NCBI GenBank assembly: GCA_963835575.1 | Contig: CAWIGG010000002.1 | Coordinates: 1,632,001 to 1,696,000, forward strand | DNA from: an uncultured Spirochaetota bacterium | GTDB lineage: Bacteria > Spirochaetota > Brevinematia > Brevinematales > JAOACQ01 | DNA length: 64,000 bases | Direction: 5' to 3' | Part shown: positions 47,932-58,443 of the stretch, one piece after another | How the letters are laid out: each line of letters begins with the position of its first letter | How positions within the stretch are numbered: the first letter of the stretch is position 1 | Program-made: the position numbers and the translations under genes | The notes under the pieces: model-generated | Seen by the model: the letters and a program-made list of their open reading frames with translations, nothing else | The model's database searches: none | Told to the model about the DNA's origin: nothing

Positions 47932-49622
47932 CCTAAACTGAGCGATTCTTTTATTAATTCAAAAAATCGGCCTGTTAAACGGGTGGGGTTTTAGAAATTT
48001 TAAGGAGTGAGATATTACCCATCCAATTTAAAGTACAAGACCCTTTAGAAAAGGTCCTTATTTGTTGAAATTTTAGTTTTGAGCGCAATACCCCCTTATC
48101 CGGTTTTTTAGCTTTAATAATTTATATTGGGACAACGAACAGGCATTTGTCCCAAACTTTAAATAGCCCCAATTCGTCTATTACTTCATGCCGAAATTTC
48201 AATACAATTTTTCTGCTTCTTCTTACGATCTTTCCGGCTATGTCAATAAAAAGCCGTCTTACAGTGTCCGGATAACTGCCAATTGGGAAGCTATCTGAAA
48301 GCGCGTCTTCCTGCATAGCAATCAATAAATTGCGGGATATCAGCATCAGAAAATAGTATGCGGCATTTGAGATAAACCTTTTGAAAGGGAGTGTTTCATC
48401 CGCAAACTCCTTCACGCTCCGATTTACCAATTCATCCTTCGCCCTTAAGAGATAAAGTTCGATAATCTCTTTAGCCGCCAGGTATTTTTCCAGTCCTGCC
48501 TTTTTTAGTAATTCCTGATTATATAAATTTGTGTAAATTAAATTATCCGGTTTCGCAAAATCCAGAAGGTACTCATCTCCATTATTTGCCCTTTTACAGT
48601 AAATCGCCCGGCGGCCTTTGCTCCATTTCTCCCGTTTGTCTCTAAAATCACAATATTCCCAGACATCGCCTTTTCTCTCAAAATTGCTCCAGCCTTGCGG
48701 AAGCTTGCGGATCAAATCCAGTTTGATGTCGTTGTACATTGTACCGCCGCAGATATAGTAATGTCCGTTTTCTTCCATCCATTCATAGTATTTCTGATCA
48801 TTGAACCCACTATCTGAAACAACAATAACCGGCACGTCTTTATCGTATTCTTTACGGATCTTTCCGATGATTTTTTCAAGCGATTCGTTCAGGTCATTCC
48901 CGTGATTACAATGTGCGCTCCCTTCCCGAAACAGCGAATAAATCACATAAGGCCCCCAATAGAACAATAAAGGATGAAACCCTTTTACCATTTTATATGT
49001 CAGAGTTACGCCTTCCCGTTTTCGCGCGCTGTTATTGTCTAATACCGTCGAATCAACACCAAGTACAATTACCTTTGGCCGGGTTATTTTGAGCCGCCAG
49101 ATAAACAACTCCAGTAAAAAATGACCTAAAGCATTCACCATTTTTTCCGTTACGGCGCCTAAGAACCGTTTCATTGTATGTGAGGATGCCATTTCATTCT
49201 TTGAGAACTCAATTGTCCCGGCATACCCCATATTGTTTTTCAGATCGTCAAACCTCGTCATAGTATTTTGGCTTCCGTCAACGAAAAAGCAGAATATCTG
49301 CTTTAGTATATTCTCGATCTTTTGCCCTTTTGAACTTTTCCGCAGGCCGTCAAATATTCCAGTAATCAGCGATAATACGTGTGTCCCTTTGAGGTATCTG
49401 CAAAAAAATGCCAATCCTCCCCTGCCGCTTAATAGATCATCCGTTATTCCAATTTCAGAAATCTCATTTTTGCAATATTTATTTTTTTCAGCCATAATTA
49501 ACCTGCTTTTGCACCCAATGGGTGTTTTTTCGGGGTAAGGATGGCGGCAACCATTTCCTTACCCCATTCTATTTTAGCATGGTTTTTTATAATTCGGCTA
49601 ATAAAGAATCGCTCAGTTTAGG
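47932..49622 (-). mobile_element. IS1380-family element
   Basis: Perfect 20-bp TIR CCTAAACTGAGCGATTCTTT; 5-bp TSD TTAGA (47927-31, 49623-27). Confidence 0.93.
48122..49495 (-). CDS. IS1380 transposase
   Basis: SGRGGL, GVDST, GFHPL, REGSAH, SDSGF, YTNL, Y..RAKDE. Confidence 0.9.
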   Translation of the reverse strand: MAEKNKYCKNEISEIGITDDLLSGRGGLAFFCRYLKGTHVLSLITGIFDGLRKSSKGQKIENILKQIFCFFVDGSQNTMTRFDDLKNNMGYAGTIEFSKNEMASSHTMKRFLGAVTEKMVNALGHFLLELFIWRLKITRPKVIVLGVDSTVLDNNSARKREGVTLTYKMVKGFHPLLFYWGPYVIYSLFREGSAHCNHGNDLNESLEKIIGKIRKEYDKDVPVIVVSDSGFNDQKYYEWMEENGHYYICGGTMYNDIKLDLIRKLPQGWSNFERKGDVWEYCDFRDKREKWSKGRRAIYCKRANNGDEYLLDFAKPDNLIYTNLYNQELLKKAGLEKYLAAKEIIELYLLRAKDELVNRSVKEFADETLPFKRFISNAAYYFLMLISRNLLIAMQEDALSDSFPIGSYPDTVRRLFIDIAGKIVRRSRKIVLKFRHEVIDELGLFKVWDKCLFVVPI

Positions 49623-49727
49623 TTAGATTGATGTTTAATTTGAGATTTTTTATGCATCTTGATAAAATATTTCCTGCTTGAATCATAGTTAGACTCTATA
49701 TATTTATTGATTTTCAGGAGATAATGC

Positions 49728-50981
49728 TTGAAGATAAAACTGATTTACCCAAAATGGCCGAAACTAAAAAATCAGCCGGAATTCAACCTTCCGCCGCATG
49801 GGCCAGTCTGTTTTGCCGCAGCGCTTCCTAAAGATATTGATATTTCATTCTGCGATGAAAATGTAGAAACATTACATTTTGATAATGATGCCGATTTGAT
49901 CTGCATGTCAGTAATGCTGACATGTCAAATACCCAGAGCATGGCAGATTGCCGACACCTATCGTGAAAAGGGTAAAAAAGTTATTTTCGGCGGAATTGCC
50001 GTTATGCTTCATTATGAGGAAACCCTCCAGCATGCTGACAGTGTATTTTTAGGCGAAGCAGAGGGCCGGATGGAAGAGGTCATTAATGATTTTAAAAACG
50101 GAGCATTAAAAAAAACCTATGATTTTCTTCTTAATTTTCCCGATACAAAATTAATCGGGACCGCACGCAGGGACATATTAAACCGCGAGCTGTATAATTT
50201 CCGCGGAGTACAAATGGTTGATTTAGTGCACGCTTCACGCGGCTGCCGGTTTAACTGCTTTCCATGCTGTACCCCCTATCTGGGAGGATGTAAATTCCGT
50301 CCGCGGCCTATTGAAAAGGTGGTTGAAGAGCTGAAAAACATTGATAATAACCGCTTGTTTATTGTAGACAACTCGCTTTCTCAGGACGACGAATGGGAAA
50401 AGGCATTATTTAAAGCTATAGTCCCCCTTAAAAAAAAGTGGGTGTCCCATCCCATAAAAGACGACGATGAGATTCTTGATCTCGCGGCTGAAGCCGGATG
50501 CTGGTATATCTATCAGGCAGTTGTGGATACATCAGACCACATTAGAAAGAAAATCAAGCGTCTTAAGGAACGCGACATCGGCGTCGAAGGGACCATCATT
50601 CTGGGCACTGATGATCATGACGAAGATTACATAAAACGGCTGGTTGATTTTCTTATGGAGATAGAGCTTGATCTTGCTGAGTTTACAATACTGACGCCTT
50701 TTCCGCATACGCCGATCCGGACCCAGTTGGAAAAACAGGGGCGCATCCTGCATAACGATTGGACAAAATATACCTGCGGCGAAGTGGTTTTTAAACCGGC
50801 AAAGATGAGCGTTGATTCTTTACAGAATATGTATGAATATGCATGGAATACATTTTATGGGGATTTTAGTAAAGAAGTAAAAATGGCAAAGTTATATTTG
50901 AAAGTCATTGAGCTTGAAAAAAAGGACGGGACATTTAAACAGCCGAGATTAAGCCCTGAACGCGGCTGGGTAAAAATCTAA
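49728..50981 (+). CDS. B12-binding radical SAM protein (lipid cluster)
   Basis: DENVE, VIFGG, GEAE, SRGCRFNCFPC, LTPFPHTP. Confidence 0.9.
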   Translation: MKIKLIYPKWPKLKNQPEFNLPPHGPVCFAAALPKDIDISFCDENVETLHFDNDADLICMSVMLTCQIPRAWQIADTYREKGKKVIFGGIAVMLHYEETLQHADSVFLGEAEGRMEEVINDFKNGALKKTYDFLLNFPDTKLIGTARRDILNRELYNFRGVQMVDLVHASRGCRFNCFPCCTPYLGGCKFRPRPIEKVVEELKNIDNNRLFIVDNSLSQDDEWEKALFKAIVPLKKKWVSHPIKDDDEILDLAAEAGCWYIYQAVVDTSDHIRKKIKRLKERDIGVEGTIILGTDDHDEDYIKRLVDFLMEIELDLAEFTILTPFPHTPIRTQLEKQGRILHNDWTKYTCGEVVFKPAKMSVDSLQNMYEYAWNTFYGDFSKEVKMAKLYLKVIELEKKDGTFKQPRLSPERGWVKI

Positions 50982-51021
50982 TTATAACGGCCTCAGACAA
51001 TCCATTCTTAAGGAAAAAGCA

Positions 51022-51921
51022 ATGCGGAAAGCACCTAAAATTATTATTAAAAAACGGGGAAACGCTTTAGGTTTTTTAATTTTCCGGACAGCCTTGAAAC
51101 TATTGGGATTGCGCGTTACATATTTTATGCTTTATTTTTTGTGTTTGTATTATCTTTTGTTTGACCGTCAAGCGGTCACCGGCGCATCAGCGTACTTAAA
51201 AAGAAGATTTCCCCACAGTAATTATTTCCATTTGCGCCTGCATATATACAGACTTTTTATCAGTCAGGGCAAGCAGCTGCTTGACCGTTACGCGGCAGTT
51301 TCCGGAGCTGTAAATTTCGACACAACACTGGAAGGCAGTGAGAATCTGCAGGAACTATTAAATGCCAGAAAAGAGGGATTTATTTTATTGACTGCTCATG
51401 TCGGCAACTGGCAGACCGCTTTAATGACGTTAAAAAATTTAAAACGAAACGTATACTTATTAATGCGGCCGGAAGACAATCCGGAGATTGAGAAATCATT
51501 AGGCATTAGAAAAAAAAACGATCATATACATATTATATCCCCTGAAGAAGGGCCTGATGGAATAATCAAAATTATGAGCGCAGTTAAAGAAGGCGGCGTT
51601 GTGTCTATTATGGGAGACCGCAAATATAACTTTGAAGCCTTAGGCGCCGAGTTTCTCAAAGATACCGCTTATTTCCCTTATGGCCCGTTTTCTATAGCGG
51701 CCGCGTTGAATTGCCCGATGGTTGTTCTCCTGTCAGCCAGAGTTTCGTATAAGAAATATCTTGTCGATGTGAGAAATGTTTTGTATCCAGTCTATAATCG
51801 CCCTGATAAAAAGAAGGAACAGCTGAGGGTATTTATACAGCAGTTTGCAAGGGTATTAGAAAATTATACCCAAAATTACCCTTATCAATGTTTTTTATTT
51901 CACGATATATGGAAAAACTAA
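51022..51921 (+). CDS. LpxL-like lipid acyltransferase
   Basis: LTAHVGNWQ, IMGDR, FPYGPF, YPYQCFLF.DIW. Confidence 0.85.
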   Translation: MRKAPKIIIKKRGNALGFLIFRTALKLLGLRVTYFMLYFLCLYYLLFDRQAVTGASAYLKRRFPHSNYFHLRLHIYRLFISQGKQLLDRYAAVSGAVNFDTTLEGSENLQELLNARKEGFILLTAHVGNWQTALMTLKNLKRNVYLLMRPEDNPEIEKSLGIRKKNDHIHIISPEEGPDGIIKIMSAVKEGGVVSIMGDRKYNFEALGAEFLKDTAYFPYGPFSIAAALNCPMVVLLSARVSYKKYLVDVRNVLYPVYNRPDKKKEQLRVFIQQFARVLENYTQNYPYQCFLFHDIWKN

Positions 51922-51934
51922 AAAGGAGAAGAAA

Positions 51935-52216
51935 ATGGCAGATCCCAAAGAACAACAGCTGGCTGAGATCCGCACAAAAATCAAAGAGCTTTTAGTGAGT
52001 CATTTATCATTACAAAATGTCAAACCCGCAGACATTAAAGATGATGAAATTCTTTTTGGCGAAGGGCTTGGCCTTGATTCCTTAGACGCTGTCGAGATTG
52101 TGGTTCTTTTACAAAGGAATTTTGGCCTGCAAATTAAGGATATGAATGAAGGCACAAAAATTTTCTATTCCATTGATACATTATCACGTTATGTTCTGGA
52201 AAACTGGAAAAAATAA
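51935..52216 (+). CDS. Acyl carrier protein
   Basis: LFGEGLGLDSLDAVE phosphopantetheine motif. Confidence 0.95.
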   Translation: MADPKEQQLAEIRTKIKELLVSHLSLQNVKPADIKDDEILFGEGLGLDSLDAVEIVVLLQRNFGLQIKDMNEGTKIFYSIDTLSRYVLENWKK

Positions 52217-52218
52217 AC

Positions 52219-53388
52219 ATGGATAACGGTAATGCAGTAATATCCGGGATGGGTGCGATTTCAGCCTGCGGTAATACAATCAGCGAAACCCTGGATGCAT
52301 TTACAGAAAATAAAAGACATGGCGGACCGGTATCCTTATTCCAGACTAACCTATCGTATCCGGTTTTTGAAGTTAAAGACCTGCCAAAATTTAACACTAA
52401 CTCTATGCGTTCATTGGATCTGACCGTAGCGGCGGTAAACCAGGCCGTTGAAGAAAGCGGGCTGACCGATTCGCTTAAGAGCTTCCGTATTGGAGTGTGT
52501 CTGGGCACAACTGTAGCCAGCCAATTAAATGATACTGATTTTTACCGTCAATATAAATCTACGGGAAGCGCGCCGATGAATTCGGTTGACCGGTATCTTA
52601 ACGGCAACCTGGCTGATGCGGTTGCCGAATACCTTGGTATTAAAGGGCCGCGGTGCACAGTTGTAAACGCCTGTTCTTCCGGCACCGACGCGATCGGCGT
52701 TGGGTTATCATGGCTCAGGACTGATTTAAGCGATATAGTAATCTGCGGTGGAGCGGATGAACTGAACAGGGTCCCATATACAGGTTTCGGCTCGCTGGGT
52801 GTCGTCAGCGATTCTTTATGCAGACCTTTTGATAAAGAACGTTCCGGTTTAAACCTGGGCGAAGGCGCCGGGATCGTCATTATAGAAAAAGAGGATGTTA
52901 TCAATAAACGCGGGAAAAAAACAGATCTTTTCATTAATGGATACGGCCTGGCCTGCGACGCATATCATTTGACAGCGCCGCGCCCCGACGGCAGCGGCCT
53001 CAAAAATGCTCTTTCCAGGGCGCTTAAGGAAGCAGGGATTACTCCTGAACAGGTTTCATTTATTAATGCTCATGGAACAGCAACTAAAGACAATGACAAA
53101 GTTGAAGGCCGCGTATTATCTGCTGTTTTCGGTTCAAAGGTCAAATTTCTTTCAACAAAAGGTTTTACAGGACATACTTTAGGCGCCGCCGGCGGATTAG
53201 AAGCGGTATTTACCGCGCTAGGATTACGGTATGGCTGGATACCTGCGAGCCCTGGTTTTAACACCCTGGATGATGATATCGGTATTGCGCCGGTCAATCA
53301 AAAAACCGGGATTACGGGCAGTTACGCGGTTTCAACATCATTAGCGTTCGGCGGGAATAATTCCGCTTTAGTAATTTCGAGGAAATAA
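52219..53388 (+). CDS. Beta-ketoacyl synthase (FabF-like)
   Basis: NACSSG, HGTAT, GHTLG triad; AFGGNN. Confidence 0.95.
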   Translation: MDNGNAVISGMGAISACGNTISETLDAFTENKRHGGPVSLFQTNLSYPVFEVKDLPKFNTNSMRSLDLTVAAVNQAVEESGLTDSLKSFRIGVCLGTTVASQLNDTDFYRQYKSTGSAPMNSVDRYLNGNLADAVAEYLGIKGPRCTVVNACSSGTDAIGVGLSWLRTDLSDIVICGGADELNRVPYTGFGSLGVVSDSLCRPFDKERSGLNLGEGAGIVIIEKEDVINKRGKKTDLFINGYGLACDAYHLTAPRPDGSGLKNALSRALKEAGITPEQVSFINAHGTATKDNDKVEGRVLSAVFGSKVKFLSTKGFTGHTLGAAGGLEAVFTALGLRYGWIPASPGFNTLDDDIGIAPVNQKTGITGSYAVSTSLAFGGNNSALVISRK

Positions 53389-53389
53389 T

Positions 53390-54412
53390 ATGAATATCAG
53401 CGGCATAGGAATTGTTTGTCATCGCGGGCGCGGCATTGAAAATCTGCAGAAGGCATTGATTGAAGGCTGGAAAAAGCCTTATCAGGCTTATTATGTGCCC
53501 GCTGAAGCAATGAATGACAGCAATGTATTGAAAGAAATGCGCCGAGCGGACGATTTAAGCAAAATGGCATGCATTGCCGCATATGATGCATTTGCCGACA
53601 GCGGACTCGGCCAGGAAGAAAAACTTTCCATGGGAATTATTCTAGCGACTGCCTTCGGGCCGCACCCGACTACATTCCGCTTTCTTGATGATATAATAAA
53701 ATATGGGGATTCTCAGGTATCGCCGACTATATTTTCTCATTCAGTCCATAATGCCGCTTTGTCCTATGTTTCATACGCATTGCAAAGCAGGGGCCCGACT
53801 TTAACCATTACTCAATTCGCCCATTCATTTCATCAAGCCGTGTCCCTGGCGGAAGCCTGGTTAAATGAAGGCCGCTGTGATTACATATTAGTCGGTACTG
53901 CCGACCAATATGGGACAGTGATGAGCTACATATGCGGCCAAAAATTGAAAATCGCCGATGACGGCATCATCCGGCCTTTTTTATTCGCATCCGGCCCTGC
54001 CGCTGTTCCCGGAGAGGGCAGTGTGTTTTTTTTATTAACGAATAAAGAAACAAAAAAGTATGCGGCAATAAAAGCCTTATCAGCCGAAATTTCCGGCGGG
54101 GAACCGGATATGTGTATTTTAGACTGCGATGGTATGACGGGAAATGAGGAGAGATATATTCCGGTCAAGAAAACCAATTCACTTGTATCCAGCTATACGC
54201 CGCTGTTCGGCAGCATGCTTACCGGCAATAGCTTTAGCTGCGCCGTATCCGCTTTGATGTTAAAGAACCAGTATTGCTATGCCGCGCCGGTAAAAGACAA
54301 TCCGCATAGTCTCAATTTGTGCGTTTCGTCCGGACCGGAAGCCTTGAATAAAATTAATTGTCTGAAGTACGGCTGTAAAGGCGAGAAAATCGAATTTTCA
54401 TTGACGCGGTAG
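53390..54412 (+). CDS. Ketosynthase chain-length-factor-like subunit
   Basis: MRRAD.LSKM, SPTIFSHSVHNA; no catalytic Cys/His. Confidence 0.8.
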   Translation: MNISGIGIVCHRGRGIENLQKALIEGWKKPYQAYYVPAEAMNDSNVLKEMRRADDLSKMACIAAYDAFADSGLGQEEKLSMGIILATAFGPHPTTFRFLDDIIKYGDSQVSPTIFSHSVHNAALSYVSYALQSRGPTLTITQFAHSFHQAVSLAEAWLNEGRCDYILVGTADQYGTVMSYICGQKLKIADDGIIRPFLFASGPAAVPGEGSVFFLLTNKETKKYAAIKALSAEISGGEPDMCILDCDGMTGNEERYIPVKKTNSLVSSYTPLFGSMLTGNSFSCAVSALMLKNQYCYAAPVKDNPHSLNLCVSSGPEALNKINCLKYGCKGEKIEFSLTR

Positions 54413-54424
54413 GAATTAAAGGGT

Positions 54425-55768
54425 TTATCTTTTTCTGGTTTTAAGCAGGAGATCCCATAAAGGCCCTCTCATCCCCGAGTTATGAAGGAACCTGTTTCTT
54501 TCAGCGAATCCAGTCCAGGGGAATACCCAGCTTCTTTTTTCTTTAAAAGATTCTATAAGATAATTGTTCAGCCACTTTATATCAATTTCAGGCGAGAAAT
54601 AATATTTTTCCTGTTGAAACAAAACGCTTTCATCCGGTATCAATCCTTCCTTTTTCGCCAGCTCACAAATACCGGTATTTGGAAAAATCCGTACTCCCAT
54701 TCCTCCCAATACGACGCAGAATTCCAGCTCCGACAAATTTTTTATCCCTTCGCGCACAGTTTCACTGGTTTCGGCCGGTCCTCCAAATATGATAAAATGC
54801 GAGCCGGGGATTTCATATTCTGCAAAAAGATTATTGGCCAGCCTGACATCATCCCAATGAAAATTCTTCTTCATCCCCTTAAGAGTACGGTCGCTCGAAC
54901 AGTCTGTCCCCCATTCCACACAATGCAGGCCTGTCCGCTTCATCAGCAGGACTTCATCCCTGTTAAACTTTGCCGGCCTCATATAACATGTCCAGGGGAT
55001 GGACATCTCCCTGCGGGCCATTTCTTCCATAATTAATAAATACTGATTATTTTCATCGTTAAACACTGAATCTGTAAAAAATATAAAATCGGCGGCATGC
55101 CGGTTTATTAAATACTCTATTTCATCAACCACACACTCCGGCTGCCGGAAAATATAACTATTACCTTCCAGGCTTGGGTAGGAACAGTACAAACATTGAT
55201 GCGGGCAGCCTCTTTTTGAGTAAATATTAAGCATTCCACCCTGCTTCAGGTAGAATTCGGACAGCCGCTTTTCACGATCAAGAAAATAATCATTTTCTCC
55301 CGAATGATCTGTTGCCCCATGAATAACCGGATTTACAGGGGGATTTTTATCTTCCAATTGCTCAATAAGTTTCGGAAGACTTATCTCTCCCGGGCCGATG
55401 ATCCCGTAATCTGCTCCCAGATATTCAAGAAATTTCTCGGGAAAAATTGTATAAGCGGTTCCGCCTAAAATAATTGGAACATCAATCTTTTTTTTTATTT
55501 TTTCAATGATAGATTTGTATTGAACTATAAATGAATGAGGATCATTAAAATTTACATTATCTATATTCCTCATCGATAAAGCGATATAGTCCGGTTTAAA
55601 CTCCGATAGGATATTATCTATAGATTTTTCACCATCAACCAATAAATCAATTAATTCCGTCTCATGCCCTGATTCTTTCACGGCGGACGCAACCAGATTC
55701 GCTCCCAGAGGATAAACAGGATAGGGATCATCCATCAAGTTAGCGGATATCATCAATAATTTAGCCAT
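54425..55768 (-). CDS. Lipid-biosynthesis B12-binding radical SAM protein
   Basis: PYPVYPLG, SMRNIDN, KRGCPHQCLYC, FTDSVFN, FGGPAET. Confidence 0.9.
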   Translation of the reverse strand: MAKLLMISANLMDDPYPVYPLGANLVASAVKESGHETELIDLLVDGEKSIDNILSEFKPDYIALSMRNIDNVNFNDPHSFIVQYKSIIEKIKKKIDVPIILGGTAYTIFPEKFLEYLGADYGIIGPGEISLPKLIEQLEDKNPPVNPVIHGATDHSGENDYFLDREKRLSEFYLKQGGMLNIYSKRGCPHQCLYCSYPSLEGNSYIFRQPECVVDEIEYLINRHAADFIFFTDSVFNDENNQYLLIMEEMARREMSIPWTCYMRPAKFNRDEVLLMKRTGLHCVEWGTDCSSDRTLKGMKKNFHWDDVRLANNLFAEYEIPGSHFIIFGGPAETSETVREGIKNLSELEFCVVLGGMGVRIFPNTGICELAKKEGLIPDESVLFQQEKYYFSPEIDIKWLNNYLIESFKEKRSWVFPWTGFAERNRFLHNSGMRGPLWDLLLKTRKR

Positions 55769-55774
55769 ATTTAA

Positions 55775-56440
55775 TTACTCAAACAATACTGAGAAATTTG
55801 TATTTTTGTTTAATGTTAATTCTGCTTTCGCTGTACCGGTATTATCTGATGACAAAACGGAAAACGCGGCACCTTTTGGAAATTTCTCGTTTTCTTTAAT
55901 GCTTTTCGCCACTTCCACCCATCCTGTTAATACTATTCTGCATTGACCGGATTCCAGTAAGGAAAGAGAAGAATAAAGAACATCCATGCCCAGATGTGCC
56001 GGATCATTCCCTACGCAGAAAGAAGGGCCGGTAAAGTTAAAAAATACGGCAATTTCTCCTAAGGCGACATTTGGAAGAGTGTACGAAAAAAGATTCGGTC
56101 TTGAAAAGGCCCCCTTCTCCTCCTGAGTAGACTCAAAAAAGGATATATCATTATCATAAACACCGGTCCGGCTTCCAGCTATAATTCCGATATTCTCTTT
56201 TTCTTTTCTCTGAAGAAGCCCGGCGTCTTTTAAAGCGAGAACCGCGGAAGAAAAACAAACCCTTGTATAAATGTCAAAACGTCCGAATCTGGGCGGCAGC
56301 TCTTTTATATAATTTTGCAGTTCAGGATATTTAAAATCCACCGAATCATTAGAAAACTGCGGTTTCGATCCGAAAAATCCGTAACCCAGAGATGAGAGCC
56401 AGCCGCTTCCCAGAACATAAAATTTAGTATTTTTTATCAT
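55775..56440 (-). CDS. KS N-terminal / chain-length-factor-like protein
   Basis: RFGRFD, PNLFSYTLPN..LGEIA. Confidence 0.8.
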   Translation of the reverse strand: MIKNTKFYVLGSGWLSSLGYGFFGSKPQFSNDSVDFKYPELQNYIKELPPRFGRFDIYTRVCFSSAVLALKDAGLLQRKEKENIGIIAGSRTGVYDNDISFFESTQEEKGAFSRPNLFSYTLPNVALGEIAVFFNFTGPSFCVGNDPAHLGMDVLYSSLSLLESGQCRIVLTGWVEVAKSIKENEKFPKGAAFSVLSSDNTGTAKAELTLNKNTNFSVLFE

Positions 56441-57543
56441 GATATATTTTCCATTAAAACAGCGGCATTAATTCCGCCGAAACCTGAGTTGCTGGTCAAT
56501 ATATTCTTCCCCGGGAAAATAGTTTTATTGATAACTATCTTCGGGGATTCCGGTGTTACACATCCTACTGTAGGCGGTATAATCCTCTCTGAAAGGCATT
56601 TCCCGCATAGAGCAATTTCAATCCCCCCGGCTGCCCCGAGACTATGGCCTATTGCCCCCTTCACGCCAAACATCGGTGGGAAGTTATCACCGAATAAAGT
56701 CTCCGCCGCTAATAATTCCATTGAGTCATTATATCGAGTCCCTGTTCCATGCGCGCAAAACGCCTGGACATTTTCCGGCTTAAGTCCGGACATTACAATT
56801 GACTGCCGTAATGCTTTCTCCAATCCGGCTCCGTCTCTGGAAGGACCTGTAATATGATTGGCGTCATTAGTAATACCATATCCGGACACGAGGATATCCG
56901 ACTGCCGTTCCGCCGATAAATACAGCGCCGCGGCCCCGTCCCCTAATGTCAAGCCGTTTCTATTAACATCAAAAGGCATGCAGACATCTTCCGTCATCGC
57001 TTTTAAAGATGCAAAGCCGTAGTAAACAAACCGGCTGACAATATCCGCGCCAGCGACCAGGATATGGTCATACCTTCCCTCTGCAATAAATTGAGCTGCC
57101 ATGATCACTCCGGCAGTTGAAGAAGCGCAAGCGGCATTGATTTCCATACCGCCGTTGTTTAATCCCATTGTACTGCTTAACCAGCGGCGAAAATCATATG
57201 CGGAAGAATACCGCGGCATTTTTGAGCCGTTATAAAGGCTTTCAATAGTTTCAATATTATTTTTAATCCCTGTCCATATCACATAAGTGCCGGCAGGTAA
57301 TTTCGGAAAACCGGAAAGGCATTCTTCCATTAAATGCTGAGTTAAATTTTCCCGGGTCTCAGATAGATCTCTTTTATATAAAGACAAGCCTGTATTTACA
57401 AGTAATGAATTATTAAAATGTTCTTTTTTTATGATACTGGATTGGTTATTGAGAATTGATTCCCAGGTCTGGTCATAAGATCCCAATCCGGTTGCTATTG
57501 CAGAGTAATTTAAGAAAACATCCCTCTTCATTTCAAACACCAA
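56437..57543 (-). CDS. Beta-ketoacyl synthase
   Basis: AACASS, HGTGT, GHSLG; GFGGIN. Confidence 0.93.
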   Translation of the reverse strand: MVFEMKRDVFLNYSAIATGLGSYDQTWESILNNQSSIIKKEHFNNSLLVNTGLSLYKRDLSETRENLTQHLMEECLSGFPKLPAGTYVIWTGIKNNIETIESLYNGSKMPRYSSAYDFRRWLSSTMGLNNGGMEINAACASSTAGVIMAAQFIAEGRYDHILVAGADIVSRFVYYGFASLKAMTEDVCMPFDVNRNGLTLGDGAAALYLSAERQSDILVSGYGITNDANHITGPSRDGAGLEKALRQSIVMSGLKPENVQAFCAHGTGTRYNDSMELLAAETLFGDNFPPMFGVKGAIGHSLGAAGGIEIALCGKCLSERIIPPTVGCVTPESPKIVINKTIFPGKNILTSNSGFGGINAAVLMENIS

Positions 57544-57995
57544 TCATCCCATTTCCGAATGAATTTCTCGGCAAAATCCGGCCTTAACAGCATGGGTTTA
57601 CCGGTAAAATCCGTATAGAGCTGCACGGTATAACCCTTCACAGAAAGAATACCGTTTTCCGAATAAATCTCATAACTCATATTCATTTTGGCAGCTTCTG
57701 TCCAGTGGCAGCTTGTCTTGATCCGGAATAATTCATCATATTGAAGCGGGTAGAAATAGTCAATGTGGATCTGCACAATCGGCATGGCAAAACCGTTCTT
57801 CGCCATGTCATGATAAGTGAACCCGAACTTCCGGCCCCATTCATTCCGCCCTTGCTCGAAATAACTGGCATACCGCCCATGCCAGACTATCCTTAAGCTG
57901 TCCACTTCATCGAACTGAACTCTTCGAAAACATTCGGCAGTCAGAGGATGTTTCTCGTCAGGTGAAAAATAAAAATTACTTCTTCTATGAGTCAT
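57528..57995 (-). CDS. Acyl-CoA/ACP thioesterase (4HBT hotdog fold)
   Basis: VQFDEVDSLRIVWHGRYASYFEQGR. Confidence 0.9.
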   Translation of the reverse strand: MTHRRSNFYFSPDEKHPLTAECFRRVQFDEVDSLRIVWHGRYASYFEQGRNEWGRKFGFTYHDMAKNGFAMPIVQIHIDYFYPLQYDELFRIKTSCHWTEAAKMNMSYEIYSENGILSVKGYTVQLYTDFTGKPMLLRPDFAEKFIRKWDDWCLK

Positions 57996-58000
57996 TATAA

Positions 58001-58366
58001 CTATCCTTTATTAAAACATCCGCTATAACGGGATATTTCCCTGTCATTCTCTCCCTTGAATGATGCTGAAAAAGAAATGAGAGAATCATTACTCTTATCA
58101 ATTTTTAAATTACAGGAAATAATCTGATTAGGAAGCACCACTCCGCTGATTTTCATTTTTTTTATATTTTTAAAAACAACTGCTTGTTCCATAAATAATT
58201 CTAATGCCAGATTACCGATTTCCAGAAGCATGATCCCGGGTAATATTGGATTTTCAGGGAAATGGCCGTCGAACGCTTCAAAATCTTCCGGAATGGCCAT
58301 TTTAAAAGATATAAAATCATCGCCGATTTCCATACCGTTTATATAAGAATACAGTTTTTTATGCAT
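58001..58366 (-). CDS. FabZ-like dehydratase domain (possibly the C-terminal half of a frameshifted fusion)
   Basis: FDGHFPENPILPGIM. Confidence 0.8.
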   Translation of the reverse strand: MHKKLYSYINGMEIGDDFISFKMAIPEDFEAFDGHFPENPILPGIMLLEIGNLALELFMEQAVVFKNIKKMKISGVVLPNQIISCNLKIDKSNDSLISFSASFKGENDREISRYSGCFNKG

Positions 58367-58443
58367 ACTTGAGGTTAGATAGGCCGGCGGCTGTTTATCA
58401 TTTGTTATTATATTATTTTTCTGAATGGATTGGCTTTTAGCGG

